Positions 17,667-33,581 are shown, numbered from the stretch's first letter. The stretch is 64,000 nt of DNA from the human T2T-CHM13v2.0 reference genome, Homo sapiens (GCF_009914755.1 NC_060926.1); one strand, 5' to 3'. The notes: generated by a model not told the origin, from the letters alone. A program made the numbers and translations.

Positions 17667-18044
17667 GTGAGGGTATCCGACCTGCCACCTCCCTCCAGGG
17701 CCTGCCACCTGCCCCAGCCGCCCCCACTCACCACAGCACACATGCCCGACCCCACACTGCTGAGCACCCAGCAGCCAACCCTGCCTCCACCCTGCCTGCG
17801 CTCCCCAGTCTTACCCCAGGCCTCTACTCTCAAGCTCCTCCAAAACTAGGACCCTCACTTTCTTCTTCCAGAAGCCCACCTGCCCCCAGGACACTGCTGC
17901 CCTATAGCCCTCTCCAGTAGAGGCTCTTTTCTCCCTCCAGCTATGCAGCTCAGGGCCTGAAGATGTACTCCGCATTGATCACTGAAGTTTCTAAACGGTT
18001 TCTCCTTCCTCTTTCAAAAGCCCGGCCTCTTAGCACAGCGAAAC

Positions 18045-18350
18045 TACTAGATGTGATACTATAATGGTGGATAAATGTCATAATACATTTGTTCAAACCT
18101 ACAGAATGTACAACAGCAAAAGTAATGTAAAGTAAGAATAAAGCATTCACATCAATGTAAACTGTGGACTCGGGGTGATAATGTGTCACTTAGGTTCATC
18201 AATTGTAACAAATGCTGGTGGGGAATGTTGATAGTGGGGGACACTGCTCCCAGGAGGGTGGATATATAGAACTCTGGATTTTCCACTCAATTTTGCTGTG
18301 AATCTGAAACTACTCTAAAAAGTATTAAAAATTAAAAATATTTAATTAAA
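18045..18350 (+). mobile_element. Old L1M (L1MC/MD-like) 3' fragment
   Basis: GATACTATAATGGTGGATA...TAGGTTCATCAATTGTAACAAATG...TTTTGCTGTGAATCTGAAACTACTCTAAAAA. Confidence 0.8.
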
Positions 18351-18369
18351 AAAGCCACAAATCACCCCT

Positions 18370-21330
18370 CCTAATGTCATCTGTCACCCTCCTAGTCACT
18401 TCCCCCAACCCTTGATTATTTTAGTATCAGGCTCTATCTCCTTTCATATCATCATTTTTGGTGACTTCAGCATCTATGCTGATGACCCACCCAACACTCC
18501 GATCTCTAAGACTGTTAATATCCTTAGCCCTAGCAGAATATTCCTCCTGCCCTGCCTCAGCCTCCTGGTCATATGCTAGATCTTGGAACCATGAATGTCT
18601 ACACCATCTCTAAACTCTCAGATCCAGAGATCCCTTCACCTATCAGTCCTCCAGGTCACTTACTTTAGTTCTTGGACTCAGCAATTTTCCCATCTCAGAC
18701 CTCTATTCCATGACTCTCCTGTTTTCTCATGACATCTCTCCCCTCAGGCCTTCGTTCTCAGCCAGCTGAGAACTGAAACTCCATGCTCCAGCACACAAAA
18801 TCTCCCTGGCAAACACTCCTACCTTCCTTGCTCTGGTCTCTCTCCATTGTATTCACTGGGCGAAAACCCAGCTGTGGTTAAATCAAACTGTTTACTTCAC
18901 ACCTGCACCTGAGCAATTGAACACCACTAAAGAAAATCGGCCAGCTACTCTGGATGGACTCAATTCAAATTTCTGGCCATAAATTTCAAACAGGCATTTG
19001 AACTGTTGGACAATCCTACTACAGTTACTTAGAAAATTCCTTTTCCCTCTCCGCAGTGCAATAATGTCACACTTTCTCCTCTCTCTGCATATTCTCAACT
19101 CCCCTTCCTCTTTCATTCTCACTGTAACCTCAGACTATCCTTCATAGAGAAAGTAGGTACGATCTGTTGCCGGATCTTCCTACCTCCCTCCAAAGCCACC
19201 AGAATGCCTATAGCTCTGCATTCTCTCCACCCACCACCCATGGCCGAGCCCTCCATCTGTGCCCTGGGCCCCATCCCCTTTTGCCAGCACAATTATCCCC
19301 TTTCTGTTGTGTTCATCAATTTCTTCCTTCCTACCAGAGCCTTTCCATGGAAGTTAAATGGGACTTAAAAAGCTCTAAAGCCTTAGCCTCATATCCCCTT
19401 CTTGCTATTATACCATGTTTCTGCCCCTCTTTAGAGTGACTGTTCCTGAAAGAGTTGTCTACACACTGACATCTCCACCTCCACACTTCTCATTCTCACT
19501 TCCACCCACTCCAACTGGGCTTTTAGCCCTAGTTGTCTGTTTTAATAGCTCTTATCAAGGATGCCAATGACTGACATCTTAAGGTCACATTGGTGGCCAG
19601 TTCACCATCCTCTATTCATCTGGCCTGTCAGTGGCACTGAATGCGTTTGACCACTCTCTCTGTGGAAGACTGAATTATGGGTCCTATTTCTTGTCCTGCC
19701 TCACTCTATCCCTATCCCCTTCAATCCGACTCTGCAGTCCCTCCCGCTAGATGTAGACTATACTGTACTTTCTTGCCCCTTGACTTTGGGCGTGGCTGCA
19801 TGACCTCTTTTGGCCAATGGAATGTAGGAGGAGGTGACATGGTGCCAGTTCCAAATCTAGGTCTTTAGAGGCATTTTATGTTTCCACCTGCTTTTTTGTG
19901 CCTATTATCACCATGGGAGAAAAATGTGCCCTAGCTGGCCTGCAGGTACAAAAAGAGTGAGGGACATGTATGCAGAGCAGGCTCAGCCCAACGGTGGCTT
20001 AGAGCTGCCCAGCCAACATCAGCCTCATCTAGCCAACCTCCAGCTGACTCACAGCTTTGTGAATCAAATAAATATTTACTGTTATGCCATTGAGATTTTT
20101 GTGGTTGTTTGTTACCTAGCAATAGCAGACTGATACATCCTCTTTCTCAAAATACTTCCTTTGCTGAGTTCCTTGTAATCACCATCTTCTGGTTTTCCTC
20201 CAGTGTCATGGGCTGTCTTCCTCAGTCTGCTCTGCTGGGTTTTCCCCTACCAGATCTCTAAAGGTTGGAGTGGCATCAGTCTCAGCCATCTGCTACCTTC
20301 TTTCTTGACTCTCTCCCTAAGTGGAATTATTCTGGCCTACTGCTTTGAAGACTACCTACATGCTGGTTCTCAAATTTAAATCTGAACTCCAGACTCAAAG
20401 CTGTCTACACATATTTACCTGATGTCTGATAGGTCTTGGCATGGCCCAAACACAATTATGGATCCACCTCCTACCCCCAACATAGGACTACCCAGTTAGT
20501 CCTGGGTCAGATCATCAGTAAGCCTTATCTATTCCCACCTCCAAAACTGACCCAGAAACCAGTATCACATCTCACCATCTCCATAGCCACAACTGTGGTT
20601 TTTAAAATCTCCTCCTGCCAGGACTTTTGCAATAGTATCTTAACTGTTTTCTTCACTCCCCACCTTCTAACCCTCCAAAGGCTTCCCACTGCAACAAAAT
20701 AAAACCCACACTTCTTACCTTGATCCATGAGGACTCAGCTACCTATGTTCCCAAGGCCCCTCTATTCTTCTTGCTCACATTGCTCCAACCACGTTGGCCT
20801 TCACGGTGTTTCTTAAGCATAAGGAGCACATTTCTGCCTCAGGGCTTTTGTTTTTACTTGCCTTTCTGCTTGCAGCACTCTTCCCCAGATCACCACATGG
20901 CTGCCTCCTTCCCACCCAGAAGGTCTCGAATGCCACCTCCTCAAAGAGACCTTCCCTGGCTAAATAAAACAGCACCCATCAACCTACCACACACACGGAT
21001 GCACCCACATGCACACACACACACCCCTCTACCACAATACTCTAGTTTAGCTTCCTTTTTTTGTTATTTTTAATTTTCTTTTGCAGAGGCAAAAGAAGAC
21101 ACTTGCTGCCCAGGCTGGTTTTGAGCTCCTGGCCTCAAGTGATCCTCTTGCCTTGGCCTCCCAAAGTCCTGGGATTATAGGCGTGAGCCATGAGTCTACT
21201 CTGTTTCTCCCATTAAAATATAAAATCCTTAAGAACAGGTATTTGTCTCAGTCTCTGATGTATTACCAGGGCCTAGAACATGTCTTGTACATAGTGGACT
21301 TTCAATAAATGCTTGTTGATTGACTGACTG
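18370..21330 (+). mobile_element. Long degraded L2 LINE, interrupted by an MLT1 LTR and an Alu fragment
   Basis: C/T-rich L2-like body (GGTGACTTCAGCATC, CAAGGATGCCAATGAC, TCTGAACTCCAGACTC) ending TCAATAAATGCTTGTTGATTGACTGA. Confidence 0.75.
19661..20137 (+). mobile_element. MLT1-type solo LTR inside L2
   Basis: TGTGGAAGACTG...AATAAAT...GCAATAGCAGACTGATACA termini. Confidence 0.8.
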
Positions 21331-21925
21331 ATGCTAGAACTGAATAGAGAAGGGATACAATTGGCTAGATTGTGAACATGGGAATGAATGTCCCAGGAAG
21401 GCAACTGCAGAAAGGCTGGAGAATTCAAGATACAGTATATCCAAGGGGTTATGAGGGGCCAGGCTGGCTACAGGAGAGAATTCATGGGGAATGAGGGAAG
21501 AAACTTCTGCATGGTGGAAAGACTTAAATGCCATCACTCCCAGTCATTGGAGATCGTGGGTGCCCCTGAGGGTTACAGATCAAGGACGTGATATGTTGAA
21601 AGCACAGGTTTTAGGATGATTAGTAGGGTTGAAAGGTATGCATTTCTGAGTGTCCTTAACTATGTGTCTTCCCTTGGGATCCCAGAATTTTAGAAGACAA
21701 AGACATCTAGAAGAATCTGAGAGCCCAGGGGAGCCAGAGAGATTGGTCCCCTTGGATTCCAGATGCAAGAAGAAGCCATTACCCAACCTTTCAGGGACCG
21801 ATACTGAGTTCCCGGTTCAGGAAGTTCTCCCTGTGTAATTAAGGATTTGCCAAGCGCACAGCCGGCATTCATACACACGTGTTAACGAGCTGGTGCCCCA
21901 GTGTCCCTGGGCTCCCTTATACCCT

Positions 21926-21931
<6 letters not shown>

Positions 21932-21984
<53 letters not shown>
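21932..21984. repeat. (AC)26 microsatellite
   Basis: Uninterrupted AC run. Confidence 0.98.
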
Positions 21985-21987
<3 letters not shown>

Positions 21988-22379
21988 GCTTTCATGTACC
22001 CAGTGGCTGAACACAAGCTTCCCCATACCCCCACCCCACGGATGCATCTCTAACCCAGCTACTTGCCTTCCCAGCCCCCTCCACCCAATTCTATTGTCAG
22101 GGCTGAACAAAAGGCCCAAGGCATCCTGGGTTAAAGGATTTTTAACTCTGCCAATCCCAGGAGGCTCCAACATGAAGCAGCTTCCTGCTGGAGAAAAGTG
22201 ACTGAGACATCTCCCCAGGCGACAGGGGAATTTTTTTTTTTTTTAATCTGGTCTGAAAAACAGAACCTAGCCGCCAATCAGACACTCCTCCCCCCAGGAC
22301 CCCACCCCGGAGACCTCCCAGCAGTCAAATGGGCCTTGAGGTCTCTTTCCTGATGACTTCTATTTGCAGGCGTCAGGCT

Positions 22380-23150
22380 TGTTGCTTCCCACGTCCCCCC
22401 CGACCCCCATCAGACCGGACTCTGGCTCTCCTCTCCTCCCGCACCTCCCCCACCCCGCCCTGTGCCCGGTGGCTGCCCCCGGCGCACGGACAGTGCCCCC
22501 TCCGCCTCTCTGCTCCCCGGGAGTGCCGGCAGTGCCCGGGCAAGGCCAGAAGCCCAGGCTAGGCCCCCTCCGTGGGGCGCGCCAGGTTCTGTGCCGCGTC
22601 GTCCTTCCCCTCCTTGGGCACCGGCTCTGAACCTGCCCGGCCAGAAACCGAACCCGTTTTCAGGAGGAGCGCCTGCGGGCGTGCTGGCTCCACGCGCGGC
22701 TCTCGGGGCGGCCGGGTTCGGGCGTGTGCGTTTCCAGGCGCCTCTGTCCCCAGCGGGAGGAGCGGCTGTGGAGGGGGCCTGCTGGCGGCTCACCCCAGGC
22801 CCGGAGGGTTCGGGAACTAAACCTGCATCTGGTGTCAAAACCCCTTTTTGCCCACCCTGGCACTGACGTTAAGCATGCATCTTTTTTCCCTGAAGTTTTT
22901 TTTCCGTAGAAGACATACTGGGTAAATTAGAAACATGTTTGAGAAAGGAGTGAGCGGCGAACGCTGGCATCTAAACAACACAAAAGTGCCCACGCCAGGC
23001 CACACGCCCAGGCGGCCGCGGCCTCGGCGGCGGCGCAGCGCCCCCTGGCGGCCGCGCGGGGCCCCTACCGAGCCGCCCCCGGCCGTGTCCCCTCACCTCC
23101 CCTCACCTCCCACGCTCCTGAGCCGGGAGCAGCCGGGAGGGCCAGGGAGA
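22380..23150. promoter_or_regulatory. Second CpG island
   Basis: Dense CpG (CGCGCGG, GCGGCCGC sites); GCCAATCAG box with CCAAT at 22274-22278 just upstream. Confidence 0.85.
23035..23053 (-). promoter_or_regulatory. CTCF motif
   Basis: Minus strand reads GGCCGCCAGGGGGCGCTGC, essentially the CTCF core consensus. Confidence 0.8.
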
Positions 23151-24174
23151 CCCCTGCTCCCCCAAGTCAGAGCAACAGTGGGACACTTTGGGAGGAAGGG
23201 AATGAAAGGAGTCCAACGCCAAGGTCCTGGGGGATGCTTTCTGTGGTTTCGTGGCTGGCGCCGAAGTCAAGAACCTAGGGAAGGAGCCAACATAAAAGAA
23301 AACCCTTGATCCATTTTCAATGAATGCCTGAAATTCTACCAATCCAGCATCATCCCTTCACCTGCAGGCTTTGATTCCTTTTAAAATGCAAATGCCTCAA
23401 GGAAGGGGAACCCTTAAAACAAGGGCAGATGGCAGGCTACATCAAGAAATCACCAACGTCACCAAAGAGACATGATTACGCCATGATGTGTACATACTAT
23501 ATGGTAATGGCGTTTAATAAGCAGCGTTTAATCTTTTTTTTATTCCTGTTGTTGGTTGTCCAGGCATCCTTTTGTACTCTGACAAGCAGTGTTTCTTCAG
23601 GATGCCCCGCCCGCAGTGGCCAGACCCTCTAGTTCAGTTGCTCCAAGTTTTCTTACCCTTTGCATCCTAAACCTTTCTCCAATCATTCTACTTCCCATTC
23701 TCACAATCCTGCTTGATTGGAGGTTCACAGCATCTTATCGCTAGTCCCAATCATTGCAGTAGCCCAGTGGGAGTATCTGGATCCCTTCCATAGCACACAG
23801 GGTCCTGGGGAAGTTCAAGAGAGTCTCTCAAGTCCTTTCTGTACAATACGCAACACCACTGAATCTGTCAAGAGGCGGCTGCCTTGTGCTGGTGGTGGGG
23901 TGGGGGGACTGTCTTCCCAAAGTCAGCAGAGAACCCCTGCTTTCGGCTTCCCATCATCTATCTGGAATTTCTCTCCTCTTGCCACTCCTCCATCTGGCAG
24001 AAGCCAGAAGTAGGGGTGCTGGGTTTCTGAAGGACCCAGGCAGGGTCTTTCCCGCTTCTCCCCTTTGTCCTCTGAATCCGTCTTTTTCCTGCTCATAGGG
24101 TTTCTACTTAGCCATACTGTCCGGTGGGAATGCCTCCAACTCCAGAGCTTCCTCTTCTTTCAAGTGTCTCCTGC

Positions 24175-24666
24175 TGTATCAGTTATCTGTTGCTACAAAA
24201 CGAGCCACCCAGTGGCTTACACTCAGTAGCTTAAAACAATAAACATTTATTTGCTCATGACTCTGTGGGTCGGCTGGGCGGTTCTTCTGGCTTGGCTCTG
24301 CTGGGCTCACTGTGTTTGTGGTGAGCTGGCAGGTCATCGGATGGTTTAAGATGGCCTCCCTCACACATCTGGTGGTTGGCAGGCTGTCAGCTGGGGTGAA
24401 AGGGTGACCCGGCCACGTGTCTCTCATCTAGCAGGCTAGCCTACCCCAGGCTTCTTCCAATGGCAGTAGGCTTCCACGGATGGGAAGAGCAAAAGCTACA
24501 AGACTTCTTGAGCCCCAGGCTTGGAACGGACGCACCTTCCCTTCCACCGCATTCTCTTCATCAAAGTAAGTGACAAGGTGGGCCAAACACAAGGGGTGGG
24601 CAAATGGACTTCACTCGAAATGGAAAGAGCTGCAAAGTACTGCAGCCATGTGTGCAGTCTACCACA
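24175..24666 (-). mobile_element. MLT1-type solo LTR
   Basis: TGTATCAGTTATCTGTTGC...CAGTCTACCACA antisense termini. Confidence 0.8.
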
Positions 24667-24749
24667 CTTGCTGTCTTCTTTCTTGGGGCACGTTATCAAT
24701 GAAGCAAAATGCACTTAAAAATATGACATCCTTCAGACACACCAAACAC

Positions 24750-24975
24750 AGGCAGTCTAGCACAGTGCTTAAGTGCACAAGCTCAGTAGTCAACGTGCCT
24801 GGGTTCAAATCCTGGCTCCGCATTTACCAGCATCTGACCCCGTAAAAATTATCTTACCTCTCTGTGCCTCAGTTGCCTACTCTGTAAAACTGGGGGTAGC
24901 TGTAAATATTAGATAAATTATATCATGCTTAGGCAGTGCCTGGCACATAGTAAGTGGCCAATAAATGTCAGCTAT
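24750..24975. mobile_element. MIR
   Basis: CCTGGGTTCAAATCCTGGCTC...CTCTGTGCCTCAGTT...GTGCCTGGCACATAGTAAG. Confidence 0.85.
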
Positions 24976-25179
24976 TGTGCCCAGGAGATGATGGCTGGCT
25001 GCCCACCAGGAGTGCTGCAGCCGCAGCACCATCTTCCACAGTAGCCCCAAAGCCCCACTCACCACTGCTGACACCAGCAGCCTCACACTGCCAGCTCTCC
25101 GGGCAGGGGCAGGGCCCCTTTGAGGTGCCAGCGAAATGGTCCTGTCAGTTTTTACCAGTTCCTTCATCAAGGCTTGCCT

Positions 25180-25448
<269 letters not shown>

Positions 25449-27154
25449 TCACAAAAAGAGCTCTGAAGTCACACAGACCCCAGGACTGCTTCTGGCTCTT
25501 CTTCCTGAGGGATTTAGACGATCGAATTAATTCTCAGAGTTTCAGTTTCCTTGTCTGTAAAATGGGTGTGACAGCAGTACCTGGCACAGAGCCGATGAAG
25601 TGTAACGTGAAGAATTAAAGAGCCTGGGCCTGAAAGCTGAGGGCTCTCAAAGGACTCTTGTGGTATCTGAAGCTGCCCCTCCTACAGGGGAAACTGCTGT
25701 GGATGAATCCTTACTCCCCACAATGGCCTGCATCACTCATACAGCCCTCCGCCCCTGGTCCAGCAAGATGGGCCAACATCCTAGGGAACAAGCTAAGCTC
25801 TCTCTGCAGTTGCTAGTTTGATAACTGTTACCCCCACTACACTTCTGGGGCCTGTACCTTTGTTTTATTTTCAACCTAGTACCTCTAATAGTTAGCCCAG
25901 GGCTTGACATGGTAGATACCCAATAAATGTTGATTAAAGAGAGGCTGAATAAATGAATGAGGACTTCATTCTGATAGTTTCCCTTTTCCTTGGGTTAGAC
26001 CCGCTTCTTCTGGATGGTCTCCAAACCAAGAAAACCCACGGAAATGAGGGAAGGAGGAAGGGAAGCTGCACCTGAGGACTGAGAGTGGGGCCGTGCTCTT
26101 CAGCCTTGCTGACACTGCAGCCCTGGGGAGCCAGGGCCACCCCCAGAGATTCGGCTGTAATTAGCATGGGAGCTGGGAGATAGCCCTGATGGGTGTGCTT
26201 CATCATTTTCACCAGGTCTCTCCCTGAATCAAGTCTTCCAAAACTGACATCAGAGAACCCCAGATTCTGCTGATGGTCCCCATGCAGTTCAGACCACAGA
26301 TAATGGAGCTGAGCAGGGATTTAAAGAAACAGACAAACCCAACTTCATCCCGAGTGAGTGTGTGAGAGAGTGTGTGTGTGTGCATAGACACAAGTGTAAA
26401 AAGAAAACACACACACATCATGATTTGATGCTTAACGCAATTCATGAAATGAGTTACCACTCACCCCCTTCGTACGTGGGTCCTGCAGGGCACACGTGAT
26501 GGTGAAAGCTGAGGCAGCAGCAGAGGGTGAGGGCTGCGGGCTGCATGCGGATCTCAGGGGCTGTTTCCCAGGGAGCCAGGGCTCTAGGAGTCCTGGTAGG
26601 AAACTCTGTGAGCCGCCCAGGCTGGTGGCCATCCAAACCAATGGCTGGAGGTGGGCGGTGGAGGTGGAGAGCAAAGAGCGGCTCCTTGTGGGAAGATGAG
26701 ACTAAAATATCCTCTATGAAATCAGGGGGAGAAGGTGGGGCGGGGCTCTGTGTAAGGAAATCTGAGTGAGCTCCTAAGTCCACTTTTTTTTTTTTTCCTG
26801 GTGCACATTTAGCTGAGCTCTTTTGAAAGATGGATGTGTATCTGTCCACAAGCACATACCCCCAAGACCAAATCAGAAGGATGGTAGAAAAGTGGGGAGA
26901 AGGCAAGTGGGTGAATGCGGGCCACAGTGGCATGACCAGCGCTCAGGCTGGGGCCCAGGCGGGATTTGAGAATAAAGGGATCTTCTTGGAGTACACAGTC
27001 CTGGGACTGGGGAAGAAGGCTGTCACCTTCATCAGAGGGGACTTGGAACTCCTGGATTTAAATTTTGACTCCCAGGAGGGCATCTGGTTGCTCAGGGGAT
27101 AAAGGAGAGAAGGCTAAGATTATGCTGATTCTGAGTGGGGCCCTAAAGTCACTT

Positions 27155-27825
<671 letters not shown>

Positions 27826-28370
27826 ACCCTGGAGGCAAACTGTGGTCCTAGTCCCCTTACAGTAGAATTAACTGGGCTATTGGTTAAAAACTTGTTCCTG
27901 AGGCTATCCCAGATCTACCCAATCTAGATATTGGGCCTCTAAGGATTGGGCCTGAGAAATTCACATTTTACTTTATTTTTTAGAAATGGGGGTCTTGCTA
28001 TGTTGACAAGGCTATACTTGAACACTCGTGCTCAAGCATTCCTCCTATTTCAGCCTCTCAAGTAACTGGGACTACAGGTATGCACACCATACAGGCTGGA
28101 ATTCAAAATTTTAAATATATGCTCCAGGTGATTTCAAGGCCCTAAGGATGGAGGGCCTTTGTTGAGTTTGTAGACAGGGTTAGAGAAGGCCAGTGGCTCC
28201 CAAGCCTGGTGGTACCAGAATTGCTGGAAACATTAAAAACCAGGCTACCCTCCTGGTTGATCTGAGGTGGGACCAGGTATCAGTATACTTAGGAAGTTCC
28301 TCAGGTGATTACAATCATCCCTTCGGTTTGGTACCCTGGGAGGAAAATAACTGGGAAGAAATTTGCATGA

Positions 28371-28817
<447 letters not shown>

Positions 28818-29528
28818 TGTCTTGAAATACTTTTGGATTGATAAGAACCCTATGGTTTCAAAGTCAGCAGAGTACCTGAATCAGAAAAACAAGATTCTCC
28901 TCCCAGCAAGTCAACCTTTTCCTACGCCTCTGGCCATTCCTCTATCAGCTGCAGTTTAGGACAGCAAGCAGTGACAAGTTAACTGCAATAGAGCCCTACT
29001 GCTCACAGACGGGGAATAGACATGAAGCACGTGTGTGTCTACACCAGCGGAGGCCCTGCTTTCTAGCATCCCTGGCTGTGGACATCACATCTTTGCCTAT
29101 GGGTGAACTTCAGGTAAACTGGTGCTCAGCCCTCAGCCCTCACCAAAGGCAACCTTCCTTTTACAAAAAGCAATTCGATCCTCATCCCAAAATAACACTA
29201 TATGGCATTTAGACTCTACTTAATATCAAAATGGGCAGGGGGTCTGCAGGGTCAAAACTACTTTCATATGAGATGTTATTTGCCCATTTCACCCTGTTCT
29301 CTCTTGAGTGTACAAAGCTGCGTGCTTTGGGGAAACTCAGTCTGATATCACAGCAGACTGAATGCAAAAGCAGATATGAGACTCCATCTGTCTTTTATTA
29401 AGCTAGACACTTTTTAAAATTGCAGAAATATAAAAGAGGGCCAAACTTCTTTTTGTTTTGGAAAATATAGGTATTTTTCTAAATGAGAAATGTTATGTTA
29501 ACATGTAGCAGGTTGATTATTGTAATAA

Positions 29529-30888
<1,360 letters not shown>

Positions 30889-31238
30889 TGAGAGGTACAA
30901 CCCACATAAACAAACTAAAAGCTCTTCGAGGTCCTCAGTAACGTTTAAGAGTATAAAGGTGCCCCGAGACCAAGAAGTCTGAGCAGCGCTGCCTCATTTC
31001 CCCTCCTCCCAGAGTGAAAACGTATCCATTTGACTCTTGAAAGAGCAAACCTCAGAACGAGGCTCATGGGCAGTTGGGAAAGCAATGCGACTAAAACACA
31101 ATAACTGCCCTTAAGGAACTGCTGGTTATGTAGGAGCTAGCGACAGGTCAGCAGCCGCCCATAACATACCTGTCATTGCCAGGCCACCCCTGCCTCTCTC
31201 CCGCCGCAGCCCTAGGTTCCCGAAATTCCGGCCCCTGC

Positions 31239-31254
31239 GCACCCCCTGGTGGCC
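31239..31254 (-). promoter_or_regulatory. CTCF motif in a small CpG-rich patch (about 31140-31350)
   Basis: Minus strand GGCCACCAGGGGGTGC. Confidence 0.75.
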
Positions 31255-31501
31255 GCCCCTCGCCGGTGCAGTCTTCTTCCTCCGGAGCGTCAGAATGCTC
31301 ACTAAGGACCTCAGGCCTGGACCCCATCACCGTGAGGAGCAGTCTAGGTCCCGGGTGGCCTTCTGCCTGTCCCCTCTGCTCATGTTTATCCCTTGATGAC
31401 TAATCCCAGCCTGCTTCTGCCTGTGTACCTGCCCTTTGAGAGTACTAGACATCCTTCCCCTGGCCAACCATATTTGTAGGTGATAGAGACAGTATATCAG
31501 T

Positions 31502-31630
31502 CTGGGCACATTGGCTCAGGCCTGTAATCCCAGCATTTTGGGAGGCCGAGGCGGGAGAACTGCTAGAGCCCAGAAGTTTGAGACCGGCCTGGGCAACATA
31601 GCAAGACCCCATCTCTTTAAAAACAATTTT
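31502..31630 (+). mobile_element. Alu monomer
   Basis: Single left arm with A tail. Confidence 0.85.
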
Positions 31631-32414
31631 TTTTTTAAAGAGAGTACATCACAGTAGAAATAATATATGTTGTAGATTGAACCTGAGTCCAGGCAGTGCC
31701 ATGCCAAAGTTACACTTCTTACTGATCTGCCCTATAGCAAATGATCTGTTGTATAAAGTAACCCTGGACATTGGCAATTGATGGATATTCTACACTGGGA
31801 TCAAGTTCCTTCAGGAGGGGTAAAGCGAGTCCCAACTCTCCAAATCTTGTTGGCTTAGCTAGATTCCCTGCTCTTCTGGACTGCATGTCACTGGCTATAC
31901 TTTCAGCATCCTCACATAAGGATCAATACCCCAAGACCTGCATGAGTCCTCCTAGGACTTTCTTCTGGGGATTTAGGGGCCCTACTGTTGTAAACAGGAC
32001 TCAAGTAGTCAACTATAAAATCCCAGAAATCCCAGAACTCCTCAAAGTGAGTATGCAGATTAACCCTTTGTTTGTTTTGCTTGTTCGTTTTGCTTGTTTG
32101 TTGTCTCTATTTTAATCAAACCCTAGAAATTCAGAATGAGAATATCCTCAAATTGATAATACTATTGGAAGCAGGTGAGGGAATTTCAGAGACAGTGAGG
32201 TTTATCCTACAGTTCTGACCCAGAGTCCATTAGCAGTAACCTGACTGCCCCATAAATGACCTCAACCATCTTAGCCTAGTGGTCTCCATGGTAACCATCA
32301 AAGAGTGGTCCCCCTTTCTTACCTACAGATGTTCCTCCCACCTTCACCTGCACCCAGCACTTCAGGCATGACCTAGAACTGGATTCTGTACAAATGCCAT
32401 TTGCAGAGGTATTG

Positions 32415-32590
32415 TTCCCTTCCTTCCTCCCTTCCTCCCTCCCTCCCTCTCTCCCTCCCTCCTTTCTTTCTTTTTCTTTCTTTCTTTCTTTCTTTTCTTC
32501 TTTTAAATAGAGATGGAGTCCTACTATGCTCAAGCAATCTTCCTGTTTCAACCTCCCAAGTAACTGGGATTACACGTGTGCTCAGCCTTT
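32415..32590 (-). repeat. (TCCC)/(TTTC) pyrimidine tract plus Alu fragment
   Basis: Low-complexity tract followed by a short antisense Alu piece. Confidence 0.8.
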
Positions 32591-33232
32591 CTTCCCTTTG
32601 AATCCATGTTTTAAGCAAGTAGAACCATTTCTTTAATTTACACAGAAAAGCCCTTTAAATATAAATTAGGAGTATCAGGTACATGAGGGGTTATTTCATT
32701 AGTCTTTCTACTTTTGCATATGCTTAAAATATGCTTAAAAATTTTTATTTGAAAATTATCTTGATTGTGACAAAAAATAAATAAAAATAAAAAATTCAGA
32801 GAACAAACAGAAAAGGGAAACATTAAAAATACATCCTTTCTTCAACATGTCTGAAGGAAATCTGGCCTTTGCAAAAAAAAAAAAAGAGAGAAAGAGAAGA
32901 GGTTATGCAGTAAATGTCATTTTCTACAAGTGGAAATCGTAGATTGTGAGCCTCAATCATTATCTGGGGTACGGGAAGGTGGCATAGCTGAAGACTTTAA
33001 TTTTGGAGTACTTGAAGAATCTAAATCAATCTTTAAAGTATAATAAAAATGTGTAGATTTGGAGGGAAATTTTAAAAATCAATCATATTGTCCTTCTTCC
33101 ACAATCCCTTTCCCATCTTCTCCCCTAGCAGCCTCCTCTTCCTCACAACCTTTCAAATGTCCACAGTGAGAAATACAGTGTTGACACCTGTTGCTTTTGT
33201 CTTGCAGCAGGGGTTGGGTAAACTATGGTTCT

Positions 33233-33471
33233 TGGGAACGGTTTAATCAGACTTCTTCCACAGATTTAAAAGATGGCCCTTGAATAACGTTAAAGATATG
33301 ATTTTGCTATTGTGCATTTACTTTGTAAGATAAACACATTAATCAAAAATGGAGGAATTAAAATTCAGATTTTGTATTGCTGTTTGCTAAATAATTAACA
33401 TGAAGGCATATTGTCACTCTCTTTAAATTCTAAAAAAACAAACCAATCAAAAACCCAAACCCCAAAACCCA
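33233..33471 (+). pseudogene. 5'-truncated retrocopy of an unidentified poly(A) RNA 3' end
   Basis: Unique AT-rich insert, decayed A tail (33432-33471), TSD AAACTATGGTTCT (33220-33232) / AAACTACGGTCCT (33472-33484). Confidence 0.6.
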
Positions 33472-33581
33472 AAACTACGGTCCTGACCTGTTTTGTTTGA
33501 CCAGCAAGCTAAAAATGGTTCTATCATTATACATATTTTTTCAAATGTTTAATGTAATTTTATTTTTTTCCACGGGGGAGT

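Noticed and set aside
16654-17833. Long overlapping ORFs (334, 214, 160 aa) across the CpG island
   Set aside because: Stop-codon depletion from high GC; P/G/R/A-rich; open on both strands; no homology recognised
22329-23309. ORFs over the second CpG island
   Set aside because: Same GC artefact; no family signature
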